From the NCBI RefSeq assembly GCF_006345805.1, contig NC_043003.1, forward strand, positions 65,720,001 through 65,784,000: DNA of 64,000 nucleotides, written 5' to 3'. The DNA comes from Octopus sinensis (taxonomy: Eukaryota). Both the position numbers and the translations under genes were made by a program. Shown here piece by piece: positions 1-12,094 of this stretch. Under the pieces are notes generated by a model. It was not told where the DNA came from and did no database searches. It saw only the letters and a program-made list of their open reading frames with translations. Every line of letters begins with the position of its first letter. Within the stretch, counting starts at the first letter, position 1.

Positions 1-67
1 GTGCGTGTGTGGAGGGGAGGGATCTTCTTACTTTTGTTTTTATACTGCAAAATTATGCCTCCGGGCA

Positions 68-142
68 TTTTTCTTCTTCTTCTTCTTCTTCTTCTGTTTT
101 GTTATTATTATTATTAATTATATTGCTGCTGTTGATAATAAT

Positions 143-186
<44 letters not shown>

Positions 187-330
187 TGATGATGATGATG
201 ATGATGATGATAGAAATAATATAAAGAAGAAGTAGAAGAAGAAGAAGAAGAAGAAGAAGAAGAAGAAGAAGAAGAAGAAGAAGAAGAAGAAGAAGAAGAA
301 GAAGAAGAAGAAGAAGAAGAAGAAGAAGAA
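68..330. repeat. Compound trinucleotide microsatellite (TTC)n-(TTA)n-(AAT)n-(GAT)n-(GAA)n
   Basis: Directly visible; explains the poly-F/N/D/S/I ORFs at 5-416. Confidence 0.97.
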
Positions 331-379
331 TATGAACAATAATAACAGCAAAGTAGGAATGGTGAAGAACAACTAAGCA

Positions 380-1070
380 AAACCAAAAGATTTTCCAGAA
401 AAATAAAATAGAACAAAATTCCCCTCGAAATTTAATGAAATCAACAATGGAATTACTGAAATGAAAAGAAAAATGGAGAAAGAGACAAATACAACAGATA
501 CCCTTCTTAACAAAAAGCTAAGTACCCAAATTCAAAGATCAGCTAACATTTTGCTCAGAGCAAAATAGAAATCTATGCAGCGCCAAAAGCAGGAGGAGAG
601 GAAAAATTTGTTTTTGGTGTATGGGCATTGAATGCATAACAACGGACCAGAATGTTGGAATCAATATCTAAGGTACTTGAAGAATCTTTAACAATATTAA
701 AAGCTGTAACAACATGCGATATATATTTTTAAAATTGATTAATGTTAGCGATTTCTAGATGGTGTTATACTGTTCCAAACTACTAGTTGAAATGTCTAAC
801 ATGCAAACACTTTCTTTGCAACTGCTATGTTCATCGATGTAGAAAAAGAATGGGAAAGAAACAACAGCTGAATAGATAACAAAGGGAAAGAAACCAATTT
901 AATCTTCAAGAATTACCATAGAACAAAACCCATGAATTATAAATAGAAATGGCGTATACAGATGTATGTAATGACTATACTGTAGCGAAAGGTATACATT
1001 CTCACACGAAGCAAAAATTAAATGAAAAGCCATTTACAGAACAACTAAAGGGATATATACAGCGATGACT
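380..1070 (+). mobile_element. Highly degenerate non-LTR retrotransposon RT remnant (possibly RTE)
   Basis: Purine-rich coding-like sequence with AMFIDVEKEW (~820-860), resembling the RT motif FIDxEKAFD; many stops. Confidence 0.3.
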
Positions 1071-1639
1071 AATATTCTTGTAGCGACCAGGTTGTACAGT
1101 AACTAGTACAAGAAACTATACCTGTTATATTGTTGTTTCTCCCGTTTATCTTTTTCAAATCTTTTAAATTTCAAACTCTGATAAAATTTTAAGCAACTGC
1201 TACCTCCCCAATCTTTTTTTTTAAACTAAAACTCCTGGATTAAGAATACATAAAAAGCCTACACACAATGTACAACGCTGTAATGGTTATAGTACTGAGG
1301 ATGGTATATATCCACACACAAAAAATAAATGGAAGAAAAGGCATTTACAAAACAATTACAGTAACAATTACACGGAAGGTTTATGTCGTCATAAAGGTCA
1401 ATTACTAATCCCTACTAAACCCAAGAACAAAGAGCGAAGTTAGAACTTATAAAACCACGTACCTCAAATACCTAAAGGAAACGTAAACAATTTTGAAGGA
1501 AAAATAAGTATTTACCAAAATGAAACCCACCTACATGAAATGAAAATTTGTATACTTTTAAGGTCTCTGTTCTATGTCCTGCTGGGTCTCAGGCATTTAA
1601 TCAAAATTCTAAATTAGACTAGACATAAATAAATTTTAT

Positions 1640-2040
1640 AGTGTACGGATGAGTCTTAATCATGAGCCTACACATGGAAAATTGCTAAAAGTTTCGGTAC
1701 ATACTGTAGAAGTATTCTGTAAAATAATTGACATGTCATTCGGTTCAGAAAAATAGCCGAAAGCAACACTAAAGATGAAAATCATTTTAAAAGTTACACT
1801 GTCATATTAGATGAAGAAATAGAGATAAAATAATTAGGCCCGTAGGCTTCGAAATACTTATGAAATAATGAACGAGACAGAGTCTAAACCATTCATATAA
1901 ATGAAAAGCTAACGCTCGAACATTCCAGATACTTTGTGCTTATATTAGGTACCTTATTGAGGCAGCATAATTAAAATATTTTCAACTCGAAGTTTCATGA
2001 ATTAATGAGATGAGGTTTTTAAACAAGAAAAGTAATAACA
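1640..2040 (+). mobile_element. R4/Dong-like non-LTR retrotransposon RT remnant
   Basis: Translates with stops to HTVEVFCKIIDMSFGSEK*PKATLK...LDEEIEIK*LGP*ASKYL..NERD...EKL..EH, resembling the R4/Dong RT C-terminal pattern (MxFGLDKCAKAT..., YKYLG). Confidence 0.55.
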
Positions 2041-2083
2041 GAATTTAGAATGCAACAGCCAGAAGCTCATGTAGTAATATTAG

Positions 2084-2297
2084 TTTCAAATTTTGGGAGA
2101 AGATCTGCAGTTTCAAAGGAGTGGCTGAAGTCGATTACATCGTTCCCAGTGCTCAACTAGTAATTATTTTATTGGCTCCGAAATGCTGAAAGGCAAATTC
2201 AACCTCTGCAAAATTAAAACTCAGAACGTAATGACAGACGAAATGCCGCTAAGCGTTTCGCCCGGTGTGCTGACGTTTCTACAAGCTCTCCACCTTA
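2084..2297 (-). mobile_element. tRNA-derived SINE, family B (octopus OK-like)
   Basis: Matches the recurrent unit gtcgattacatcg...aaaggcaaa...ctcagaacgta...gctaagc...cccgg...gcctta seen at more than 10 loci in the window. Confidence 0.8.
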
Positions 2298-2366
2298 GCC
2301 CATCTAGTTATATTATATTTACGACGAATACATACATGCAGGTACTCTTGCAAATGCTAATTCAAA

Positions 2367-2757
2367 GTAACTTGCTTACGAAACACATGATTCCGGGTTC
2401 AGTCTCACTACGTGGCACCTTGGGCATGTATCTTCTACTATAACCTCAAGCCGACCAAAGCCTTGTGAGTGGATTTGTGAGACGGAAATTGAAAGAAGCC
2501 CGTCATATATATGTGTATATATTTATGTATGTATGTGTGTATATGTTTGTGTGTCTCTTTGCCCCCCTCCCAGCATCGCTTGACAACCGAAGCTGGTGTG
2601 TTTACGTCCACGTAACTTAGCGGTTCGGTAAAACAGAACAATAGAATTAGTACTAGGCTTACAAAGAATAAGTCCTGGGGTCGATTTGCTCGACTAAAGG
2701 CGGTGCTCCAGCATGGCTGCAATCAAATTACTGAAGCAAGTAAAAGAGTAAAAGATT
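2367..2757 (+). mobile_element. tRNA/CORE-type SINE, family A (octopus OR-like), with internal microsatellite
   Basis: B-box-like ccgggttcagtc, core ggcaccttgggca, internal (TA/TG)n, tail ...ggcggtgctccagcatgg...gtaaaagagtaaaaga; homologous to 58017-58417. Confidence 0.88.
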
Positions 2758-4096
2758 AGAAGAGTATATCTAGTGTAGGACTATAAAAAAATATGGAATA
2801 AACCATAAAACGAAAGAAGAAAAAGAAACAAAGAACTGCAAACTATGAAACAAAAAAAAATGAAATAAAATAAAAACCCGCTTCTGTCTTCAAGGAAATG
2901 AACAAATAGGAAATAGTGTACGAAATAAGATATATTTTTGAGACTGATATTGTAAATAACAACATAGACTAGAAAAATGTTTAAACAATAAAGTGAGAAT
3001 TTGATTAGAAAATGTTGTTAAGATGTCAAAAAAAATGAGTGCTTTGGGAATGTTTAAAGTCGATACTTATACAATTCATAGCTAAAATTCATTGAGTAAA
3101 CATATATACAATATAGGGAAAGAATATTACTAGACATAGAATATACATTGCGTAGAATATTTCCAATACAATAGAAACGTAGAAAATTAAATCATATCTC
3201 TCATATAACCAAGGGCTTATAGAGTTGTCCCCAAAAGTAGTGAGAAAGCAAGGGATAAAATTAAACGGTAAAATATTTATTATAAATCAAATTAATAATA
3301 TTAATATAACAAATTTTTTATAAAACATGCACTCTCGTCGGACCGGAGAAAATTTGATGAAACTCACCAATCAAATTACAAGTACTGTACTTAACGTCTC
3401 TGGAAATTTGAAGGACAAAAACAACCCCGAGAAGTTCTCTACTCAGAATGTAAAAGTACTTTACGAAACTTTTCAATAATATGCTGATTGTGTTGTCCAC
3501 TACGCGATATATTAAAATTGAGATGATTTACTTATTTCTCGACATGTATCAAAGAACGAGGGTGAAATTACAATTACAGTGGGGGATTTTAAAAACGAAA
3601 ATGACAAACTGACATAATGAAAAGTATTGTAGTTATATAAACAATGAAATTGTTCTAGATCATGTTTGGTTTAAAGGTAGCCACCGTGACCTATACTAGA
3701 AAACTGGATTAAGATTATCCTGAACACTAAATATGTTTTGTCAAAGTCGAACACTGCCATACCGAGAATGGATCCATTCACACAGCACATTATCACCATT
3801 CTCATCCATATTCCGAAATACATGATGGAAGCATACCTTTCTTCATCTCCGTCCTTCACGATGTACTTGGCTGTATAGACCTCATAAAATGTTAGACATA
3901 ACACCTCATGTCAGCAACGTTTGGGAAGTGATCAAATCCTGTAAACACATCCATTGTTACTTGGAACTGCACGCAGTCTTACGTACTTGTTGTGAATTGA
4001 CAGACCGTACAAATAATTCCGGTAAACACAATATCTTGAATTAACAACATCTCGATATTCTATATTGTCCGACGTCTTAAATAATAATAAAAATAA

Positions 4097-4303
4097 TCCT
4101 TTTTACTATTGGAACAAGGCATGAAATTTTGAAGGGAGGGGGGATAGTCGATAACATCGATCCAAGTGCTTAACTGGTACTTATATCATCACTCCCGAAA
4201 GGATGAAAGGCAAAGTCAACCTCGGCGGAATTTGAACTTAGAACGCAAGGACGGACGAAATACTACTAAGCATTTTGCCCGGCGTTCTAACGATTCTGCA
4301 AGC
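4097..4303 (-). mobile_element. SINE family B copy
   Basis: gtcgataacatcga...gaaaggatgaaaggcaaagtcaacctcggcggaatttgaact...ttgcccggcg. Confidence 0.88.
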
Positions 4304-4308
4304 GCATG

Positions 4309-4335
4309 ATAACAATAATAATAATAATAATAATA

Positions 4336-4384
<49 letters not shown>

Positions 4385-4446
4385 CAGAAGAAGAAGAAGA
4401 AGAAGAAGAAAATGAAGAAGAAAAACAACATCAGCAGCAACAATAA
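4309..4446. repeat. (AAT)n-(AAG)n-(CAA/CAG)n microsatellite
   Basis: Directly visible. Confidence 0.95.
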
Positions 4447-4945
4447 ATGCCCTGATGTAGTACCTGACAGTGGCTCTCATGGCTTTTGATTTTAACTGAC
4501 TGGATGAGTTATCATGTACATTTGTCTACAAAAATCATTCTGCTCAATACCACAGATTTGCTTGTCAGTTGTTTGACCTTAACCAGTTGAGTATGTCTCT
4601 TAGTGGCTGACGAGATGTGCATCTCTGATCACGAGCAAAAGTAGTGGCGGTGGGGGGAGCATCATAGCCATGTGTTGCGAGGAATTCTTTGTGGTTTGAA
4701 TAATATCACCGTTGGAAACATGGGTGTTTTGTTCGGCCTTAAAACAAACCTTATTCAGAGAGTTCTTGAGTGGGATGAGCTACTCAACGTGAAGAAAATT
4801 TTAACTGTTCCCTACCTGCGAGTTCTTGCGCTGTTTATCTTGATATGAGATCACCATATCGGGCTCATATGGTTGTGATGCATGTGCCAGGTGTACCCTT
4901 CTCAGATGCGTAGTCATGATGGTTATATTATGCTTCGTATATATG
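4447..4945. mobile_element. Non-coding interspersed repeat embedded in trinucleotide tracts
   Basis: Complex GC-richer block bounded by microsatellites; its last ~60 bp (gccaggtgtacccttctcagatgcgtagtcatgatgg...) recur at 5111-5170. Confidence 0.6.
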
Positions 4946-4964
4946 TGTTTTATATTTTGCTTTT

Positions 4965-4965
4965 A

Positions 4966-4999
<34 letters not shown>

Positions 5000-5019
5000 A
5001 CTACTACTACTACTACTAC

Positions 5020-5111
<92 letters not shown>

Positions 5112-5227
5112 CCTGGTGTACCCTTATCAGACGGGTAGTCATGATGGGTATATTGGGCTTCGTATATTTTACCCCAGTGTCACTTTGATGGCATAACTGC
5201 TCTCTCACTCAATAATGATAATGATAA

Positions 5228-5298
<71 letters not shown>

Positions 5299-5300
5299 GT
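4965..5300. repeat. (ACT)n and (AAT)n microsatellites interrupted by a 100-bp repeat fragment (5111-5212)
   Basis: Directly visible. Confidence 0.95.
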
Positions 5301-5364
5301 GATAATCCTTTCTACTGGAGGCACAAAGCCTCAAATTTTGAGCGGGGTCTAATAGTCAATAGAA

Positions 5365-5632
5365 CAAGATCTCAGAACAAACTACTCCAAATATCACATT
5401 AGTAAAAGCACTGACTCGCCACAGCGTAGGATGTGCTCTGAGAATGGAGAAAGTATAAGCCATTTTGTTAGTGAGTGCTGTAAGCTCGCACAACGCGAAT
5501 GCAAAAAGTGACACGACAATGTGACTAGATATGTCCACTGGCTGTTGTGCGGTAAAGCAAACCTCGAGAGAGCCGAACAATGGTATGAACACAAGCCAGA
5601 GGGAGTAATGGAAAACGAACATTGCAAAATAC
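5365..5632 (+). mobile_element. R4/Dong-like RLE retrotransposon fragment, CCHC zinc-knuckle region
   Basis: SKYHISKSTDSPQRRMCSENGESISHFVSECCKLAQRECKK*HDNVTRYVHWLLCGKANLERAEQWYEHKPEGVMENEHCKI: C-x2-C-x7-H-x4-C knuckle (first C mutated) followed by HD...VHW...WYEHKPE. Confidence 0.85.
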
Positions 5633-6140
5633 GGATCTTTTCCTTTTGAACGGCATATGTTAACACAATTTCTAGTTAACTCAACACTTTTAAACTTCGT
5701 ATACTGGTAGAATGTGTTTATAAAACATAATTTTTTCTTGGCTTTATTGAGAAAATTCTATAGTTTGTAAGATATTTCCACTTTAAAATCGGGCATTTCG
5801 GCAATTTTAACCAATCAAATACGTCCATTTAGGTAAACAACATTCCGTGCTGTATGAATATGTCCCTCCCTTAAGAAAGAGATTCGGTTTATTTACATTT
5901 GCGAAGAAAAAAAGATACCCTTCCCCACCCTTAACCCTAACTCTAACTAACCCTAATCCTAAAACAGATTGAAATGCAATAGATCGATACTAGGGTTGAC
6001 AATTTCATACGACACCGCTACGGAAAATGGGATTTTTTTCTAGCGGTGTCAAATGAAATTGTCACCCATAATTATAACCCTAGTATCGATCTATTGCATT
6101 TCAATCTATTTTAGGCTTAGGTTTAGAGTTATGGTTAGGA
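5633..6140. mobile_element. Non-autonomous DNA element with degenerate (AACCCT)n, followed by an inverted partial second copy
   Basis: Begins ggatcttttccttttgaacggca exactly where the R4 frame breaks; 5933-6020 and 6040-6140 are inverted copies (aaacagattgaaatgcaatagatcgatactagggt / accctagtatcgatctattgcatttcaatct). Confidence 0.7.
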
Positions 6141-6146
6141 AAGATA

Positions 6147-6332
6147 GGAAAGTTATGGGCCATGAAGAAAGTGATGGTGATACCGGTGGTAACTGGAGCA
6201 TTATGAGCAGTTTCCAAGGTTTTTGAAAAGCATATTATAAATATTGGAGCTGTTGTCAGGCTCGAAGTGATCTAGCAGACAGCAGTGTGTTGGGTTCAGC
6301 TTGCATTCTAAGGAGAGTATTGTCTGTTTGAG
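6147..6332 (+). mobile_element. R4/Dong-like RLE retrotransposon 3' end (continuation of 5365-5632)
   Basis: KLWAMKKVMVIPVVTGAL*AVSK...LGSACILRRVLSV*, the typical RLE C-terminus (IPVVxGALG...LGTAxILRxVL). Confidence 0.82.
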
Positions 6333-6452
6333 TCACAGGAAAAGGCACTACTTGAAACCTTTGGTGATTTGTTATTTCCTGCTTTCAAGTAATGAACAAC
6401 CGGTAATTAAGAAGGCTTATAACAACATCGACAACAACAACAATAATAATAA

Positions 6453-6647
6453 TCCTCTACTTTTTTTAGTGGGGGACGTGTCGATTACATCGACCCCAGT
6501 GTTTCACTGTTGCTTATTTTATCAACTCCGAAAGGATAAAACGCAAAGTTGACCTCGGCGGAATTTGAACTGAGATCGGAGCGACGGGCGATTTACTGCT
6601 AATTATGTTGTCCAGCGTGCTAACGATTCTGCCTGCTTGCCGCCTTA
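6453..6647 (-). mobile_element. SINE family B copy
   Basis: gtcgattacatcgaccccagt...gttgacctcggcggaatttgaact...gccgcctta. Confidence 0.88.
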
Positions 6648-6689
6648 ATAGCAACAACAACAATAATAATAATAATAATTATTATTATT

Positions 6690-7083
6690 TCAAATGTGTC
6701 CACAAAGACAGCGTGCAAGACGTGGGGATCAGTCGATTACGTCCATCATATCGTTTCAGTGTTACTTAATTTATCGACCTGGAAAGGATGAAAGGCAAAG
6801 TCGGCCACACCGGAATGTGAACTGAAAACGTAGCAGCAGGCGAAATACCTATTTCTTTACTACCCACAAGGGGCTACACACAGAGGGGACAAACATAGAG
6901 AGACAGACGGATTAAGTCGATTATATCGACCCCAGTGCGTAACTGTTACTTATTTAATCGACCCCGAAAGGATGAAAGGCAAAGTCGACCTCGGCGGAAT
7001 TTGAACTCAGAACGTAGCGGCAGACGAAATACTGCTAAGCATTTTGCCCGGCGTGCTAACGTTTCTGCCACTTCGCCACCTTA
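6690..7083 (-). mobile_element. SINE family B dimer
   Basis: Two units joined by linker ctatttctttactacccacaaggggctacacacagagggg...ggattaagtcgat. Confidence 0.9.
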
Positions 7084-7554
7084 TCAACAACAACACCACC
7101 ACCAACAACAACAATAATAAAAATATAGATGATGATGATGATGATTTTCATTGTGATTTCTATATTGAATAATAAGTGTTTACAGGCAGAGCAAGGTGGA
7201 CAGAGGATTAAACATGATGTCGAAGAAAATGATGATGTAGGAAAGAAAAAGAGAAACAAAAATATATGATAATGAAGAAACACAAGTATCACAGACCAAC
7301 TTTCATTTTCACCTAATCAATAATTCAGTAATTGGTGCCATTATTTACGGGGTTTCATAAATCCGTTTCCTTTCCACCTTTCCACACTTGTTTCACATTA
7401 ACTTTCAAACAGCATCGGTCATCCGCTCCCGTTTTCTCCTCTAAATCACTTAAAATATAACACAGCTTAGCAGCATTGTTAGTGGGAAGCTAAATTAATT
7501 ACTGATCGGAAAAAGATTGCACGCACCAACTGATGATAATGCAATGTGTAGCGC

Positions 7555-7729
7555 ATCCATATACATACATGCATGGATACATACATACATACATGCATGC
7601 ATACATATATACATACATACACACAAATACATACATACTCTCACATATACACATACATACATACATACATACAAACATAGATGCATACATACATAAACAC
7701 ACAAATGTATACATATATAAGTATATATA

Positions 7730-7817
<88 letters not shown>

Positions 7818-7841
7818 TCTTTGTATGTATGCATGTATCTA

Positions 7842-7875
<34 letters not shown>

Positions 7876-7905
7876 CATACACACACACACACACATATAT
7901 ATATA
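7555..7905. repeat. (TACA)n/(TA)n/(TATG)n/(CT)n/(CA)n compound microsatellite
   Basis: Directly visible; source of YI/HT ORFs. Confidence 0.95.
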
Positions 7906-8653
7906 GTCGAAATATAGCAGCAAATGAACACACAAGTAGACCGTTAGTGTTCATTTGGACGACAACTGATATTAGAACGATCTCGATAACATTTTCAGCC
8001 GGTGACACTTTTGACCATTCTAGGTTCTAATTAGCGGGAGAAAAAAAAAAGAAAAAAGCGTGCGACTCGAGGGCGCCATAACTTATTTCAACGCAATTTT
8101 GGCATCATACACTCTAATTGGTGTTGCAGGCAGATAGAGGTTGCACTGTAATTATGCGCTTGTCAATTCCAATCCCTTGTAGACCTTTCTGCTTTCCAGC
8201 TTCATCTTGGTGCGAATAAAGCATCAAGGGTGAACAATTATTGTAGCTATGTGCAATTGAGTGTTGCTTGTGTCTTTATGAATTTATTTCTTCTGAGAAA
8301 AATGGATAATATAATGAGTTCACACACAGCGGCTTATACACGTAAGAATAAAAGTGTCTGTCTGTCGATCTGACTGCGACTCTCTCTCCCTAACCCTGCA
8401 TACATATATATATATATGTATGTATGTCTGCATATATATGTGTGTGTGTGTGTGTGTGAGAGAGGGTGTGCGTGTGCCTGCATTTCTGTGTGTGTTTTTT
8501 TCATGCGCTTATGCGCATGCATTTACTTCTAACTATAACTGGATTATGGCAGTTACACACTTCTTATAATTGTCAGACGAAATTAAGATAGAAGCATACA
8601 GAAATATAAACACAAACATATACATAACGCTGTGTGTGTGCGTGTGTGAGTGT

Positions 8654-8704
<51 letters not shown>

Positions 8705-9717
8705 TGCTTGTGAATACACATATGTTCGTATTCTGTTGAAGGAGAGTCAACTACTGAGCTGGTATAATAACAATACAACAAAATATCGCTGACATATTTT
8801 GCCATTTATGAAATATATTAAAAAAATATATATGATAAAAAAAATGCCACTAAAAACTGAAATAGGAAAATTTATTCATAGAGCAAATCGGAGAGATGTC
8901 TATTAAGGGAAAAATAAATTAAGAAAATGTGTGAAATGGAACAATAAGCAGATTTTTATATTGAAAACAATAGGAATGTAATAAGAATTGAAGTGCAATT
9001 TTATGCTAAATTTACTTCAGCTTATACAATATGTATTGAGATATTGTCTAGGGATTTAACGAAATCCTAATCCTTATGGAAGTGAATGAGATCGTGATAG
9101 TTACAGTAAAACTAAATAAATAATTCTTTTCTTTGTATAATAGTAATTCTTTTGGTACACATTTGCTGTTTAGTCTAAATTTGGGAAATAATGAATGAAT
9201 AATAGATGTGATCAAATATATTATTATCGTTATACATGTAATAAAATTTCCGTGCGTAAATGATGTTGTTGAATGGAGTATTATTATTTCAGACTTTAAC
9301 TTCAGTTGGTAATGTTCAATTAGTTGGTTTAGTAACCGAACGTTTCCAGGTTCTCATCAGGTTCTGGTTAGATCGTTTATTTATCTACAAGATTTGTAAA
9401 CACTTGGCTGTTCAGTCAAAGACATATATAATATAATTGAGGAAATCGAAAAAAAAATTGCTAAGGCGTTCAGTTGCCTGTATTTGCAAATTTGAAGGCA
9501 TCGAGGTGGTGGGTAGAATTGTTAGCACTTTCGGCTTTTACGTACTGAGTTCAAATGTCTCTGGGGTCAAATTTGCCTCTCTTCCTACTGACTTCTCTAA
9601 GACAAAGTTATAAGCAAATGCTGATGTCCATATAATCAACCTCCTCCTCTCCACCCTCGAAATTAATTGCCACAATTACGAAAAATTTTATTGTCTTTAT
9701 TAGTGTTATTCTTACGA

Positions 9718-10016
9718 AGGAGATCAGATGGAAGAATAGTTAGCACGCTGGTCGAAGTGCTTAGCGGTATTTCGTCTGCCGCTACACTCTGAGTTCAAAT
9801 TCCGCCGAGGTCGACTTTGCCTTTCATCCTTTCAGGGTCGATTAAATAAGTACCAGTTACGCACTGGGGTTGATGTATTCGACTTAATCCGTCTGTCATT
9901 GTTCATCCCCTCTGTGTTTAGCCCCTTGTGGGTAGTAAAGATATAGGTATTTCGTCTGCCGTTACGTTCTGAGTTCAAATTCCGCCGAGGTCAACTTTGC
10001 CTTTCATCCTTTCGGA
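9718..10016 (+). mobile_element. SINE family B dimer (3' truncated)
   Basis: gttagcacgctgg...gagttcaaattccgccgaggtcgactttgcctttcatcc, linker, then a second unit starting ggtatttcgtctgccg. Confidence 0.9.
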
Positions 10017-10052
10017 TAAAAAGCAAAGTCACACACACACACACACACACAC

Positions 10053-10122
<70 letters not shown>

Positions 10123-10127
10123 CGCGT

Positions 10128-10322
10128 GTGTTTGTCTGCTCACTGTCGCTTTACAACCGATGCTGGTGTGTTTGAGTCGCCGTAACTTAGCGGCTCGGCA
10201 AAATAGATTGACAGAATATGTATTAGGCTTACAAAGAACAAATCATGGGGTCAATTAGTTCGATTAAAGGCGGTGCTCCAGCATGATCTCAGTCAAATGA
10301 TTGAAACAAGTAAAAGAAAAGA
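10128..10322 (+). mobile_element. SINE family A, 3' half
   Basis: acaaccgatgctggtgtgtt...taacttagcgg...aaaggcggtgctccagcatg...aacaagtaaaaga. Confidence 0.85.
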
Positions 10323-10359
10323 ATAATATCCTGTTTACTTTGCGATTTAACTGAAATCT

Positions 10360-10456
10360 TCCTTACTTGAGGAAACCGGTTTTATCTCTTCAGTTCTGTC
10401 ATTGAATTCTCAACTGGAAGCCAATTCTGCAGCGCTTGAAACATCCTGGTAAGTAT
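10360..10456. repeat. Copy 1 of a duplicated exon-like segment ending at CTG|GTAAGT
   Basis: High identity to 11609-11703; similarity stops just after gtaagtat. Confidence 0.8.
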
Positions 10457-10721
10457 GTTTTACTTGACGGAATCAGATTAAACTTGAATTTTTTGAAGAT
10501 CAAATACAAACGTATTGCTCAGTCTTTTGTAAATCATACTCACAGACAAATGTTTTTCTCCCCATAATAAAACTTAATGCAGCAAAATTTATTATGTAGA
10601 CATAAAAAGGCTACTTAATATTTTACTGTGCTTATTGATTACTTCATTCTACATTTTAGGCCATAAAAAGTACAACCACATCTTTAATGAGCAATGAAAG
10701 CAATTCGTAATATATTTTCAA

Positions 10722-11414
10722 CTAGCAGTATAACCCGGCCTTGCCCGGGATTAAGTTACGATTATTAAGCTAATCAAGTTCTTTATTTCAAACCAAACTA
10801 AGTAATATCGGCTCTCAACAAAGCACTTTTTTTCCTCGGCGTAAAATAAAACAATACTCTTTCGCACCCAAAGTAATGTGTGAGAGAGAGGCGGGAGAAA
10901 GATGAACGATTTAAAATAAATATATATTGGAATTATTGTGTGAGAAAGTATATATACTATGATTATAAAATATAGTGTCTTTCAAAAACATCCTGAATTT
11001 GAACACTATATCTCGTGTTTAAGAAAAAACAAAATATTTTACATTTTATTTTTATGAATGTTGTCACTTATTCTCTCTCTCTCTCCCTCTCTCACTATAT
11101 CTTTCCCTTTTTTCTTTGTTTAGACGCCGTGAAGCTCTCTTCCACTTTTCTTTATCTTATTTTTTTGTTAGACTCCGTCAAAAAGCTATGGCTGATATTT
11201 TTTATGGCTAAAAGCTATGGCTGAAAATATAATTTTACTGCTATCCGCGGGTGCCTCGGGGAAAAATAAGTTGACAAAACCCAGATAGGGTGTTGACGAA
11301 TGCCCTCTTAAAATTTGAGTGACATTCGTGCTAATTTGTGGACGTGCATAAATTATAATCACGTACACACACACACACACACACGCATACACATCATGCC
11401 TTTTATAGATATGA
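10722..11414 (-). mobile_element. Non-autonomous Helitron
   Basis: Minus strand starts A|TC (11414), ends with hairpin CCCGG-GCAAGG-CCGGG then CTAG|T (10722); no TSD. Confidence 0.8.
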
Positions 11415-11608
11415 TGAATAATCCAAGAATATAGAATTTCGGTGAATTTTGTTCACCTTGTGAAAGAGGAACGCCCAATTTACAATGTGTAGATTGCTAT
11501 TTTTGTATACTTCAGTCATTGGACAGCATCTATATTGGAACACCAAGAAAGTCAAGAAGATTGACCTTAGTATTGGTTTTTAAGATCTAGCAATTCTTCG
11601 GTGGTTCT

Positions 11609-11703
11609 CTTTTACTGAAGGAAACCGGTTTAGTCTTCTGTTTTGCCATTGAATTCTCAACTGGAATCCAATTCTTCAGCGCTCGAAACATCCTGGTAAG
11701 TAT
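11609..11703. repeat. Copy 2 of the duplicated exon-like segment
   Basis: ggaaaccggttt...cattgaattctcaactggaatccaattcttcagcgctcgaaacatcctggtaagtat. Confidence 0.8.
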
Positions 11704-12015
11704 ATTTTGCGAATAAATAAACATTAACACATACGCGCGCGCGCCTGTGCCCGTCCACGAACACCTACATACTGATATAGAGTTCTGCTGCACAGGGTAT
11801 GTCGCAAGCTTCACAGACAATATGTGGATCAGTTCAAGTGTCGAGACGTATCTAAGATTTCGAAAAAAAGACCACTTAGAAGACCTCAACGACGATAAGA
11901 AGACAATTTAGTTCAGCAATTTGAATCAAGACGGAAAAGAATGGCAGTCAGGACAGATTTAGAAGCGCATTGGGACGAGTTGTGTGTAACAGCATCAGTT
12001 GGAGTGGTCCATTCT

Positions 12016-12084
<69 letters not shown>

Positions 12085-12094
12085 CTATATATTA

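Noticed and set aside
5928-5962. True telomere or chromosome-fusion site
   Set aside because: Only a few degenerate AACCCT units, embedded in a dispersed DNA element.
7921-7957. miRNA-like hairpin caaatgaacac...gtgttcatttg
   Set aside because: The 11-bp stem does not extend; too short for a pre-miRNA, and I recognise no conserved miRNA here or elsewhere in the window.
9335-9368. Minus-strand hammerhead (ctgatgagaacctggaaacgttc)
   Set aside because: Both core words are present but stem II cannot form and stem I does not pair at the cleavage site; at most a remnant.
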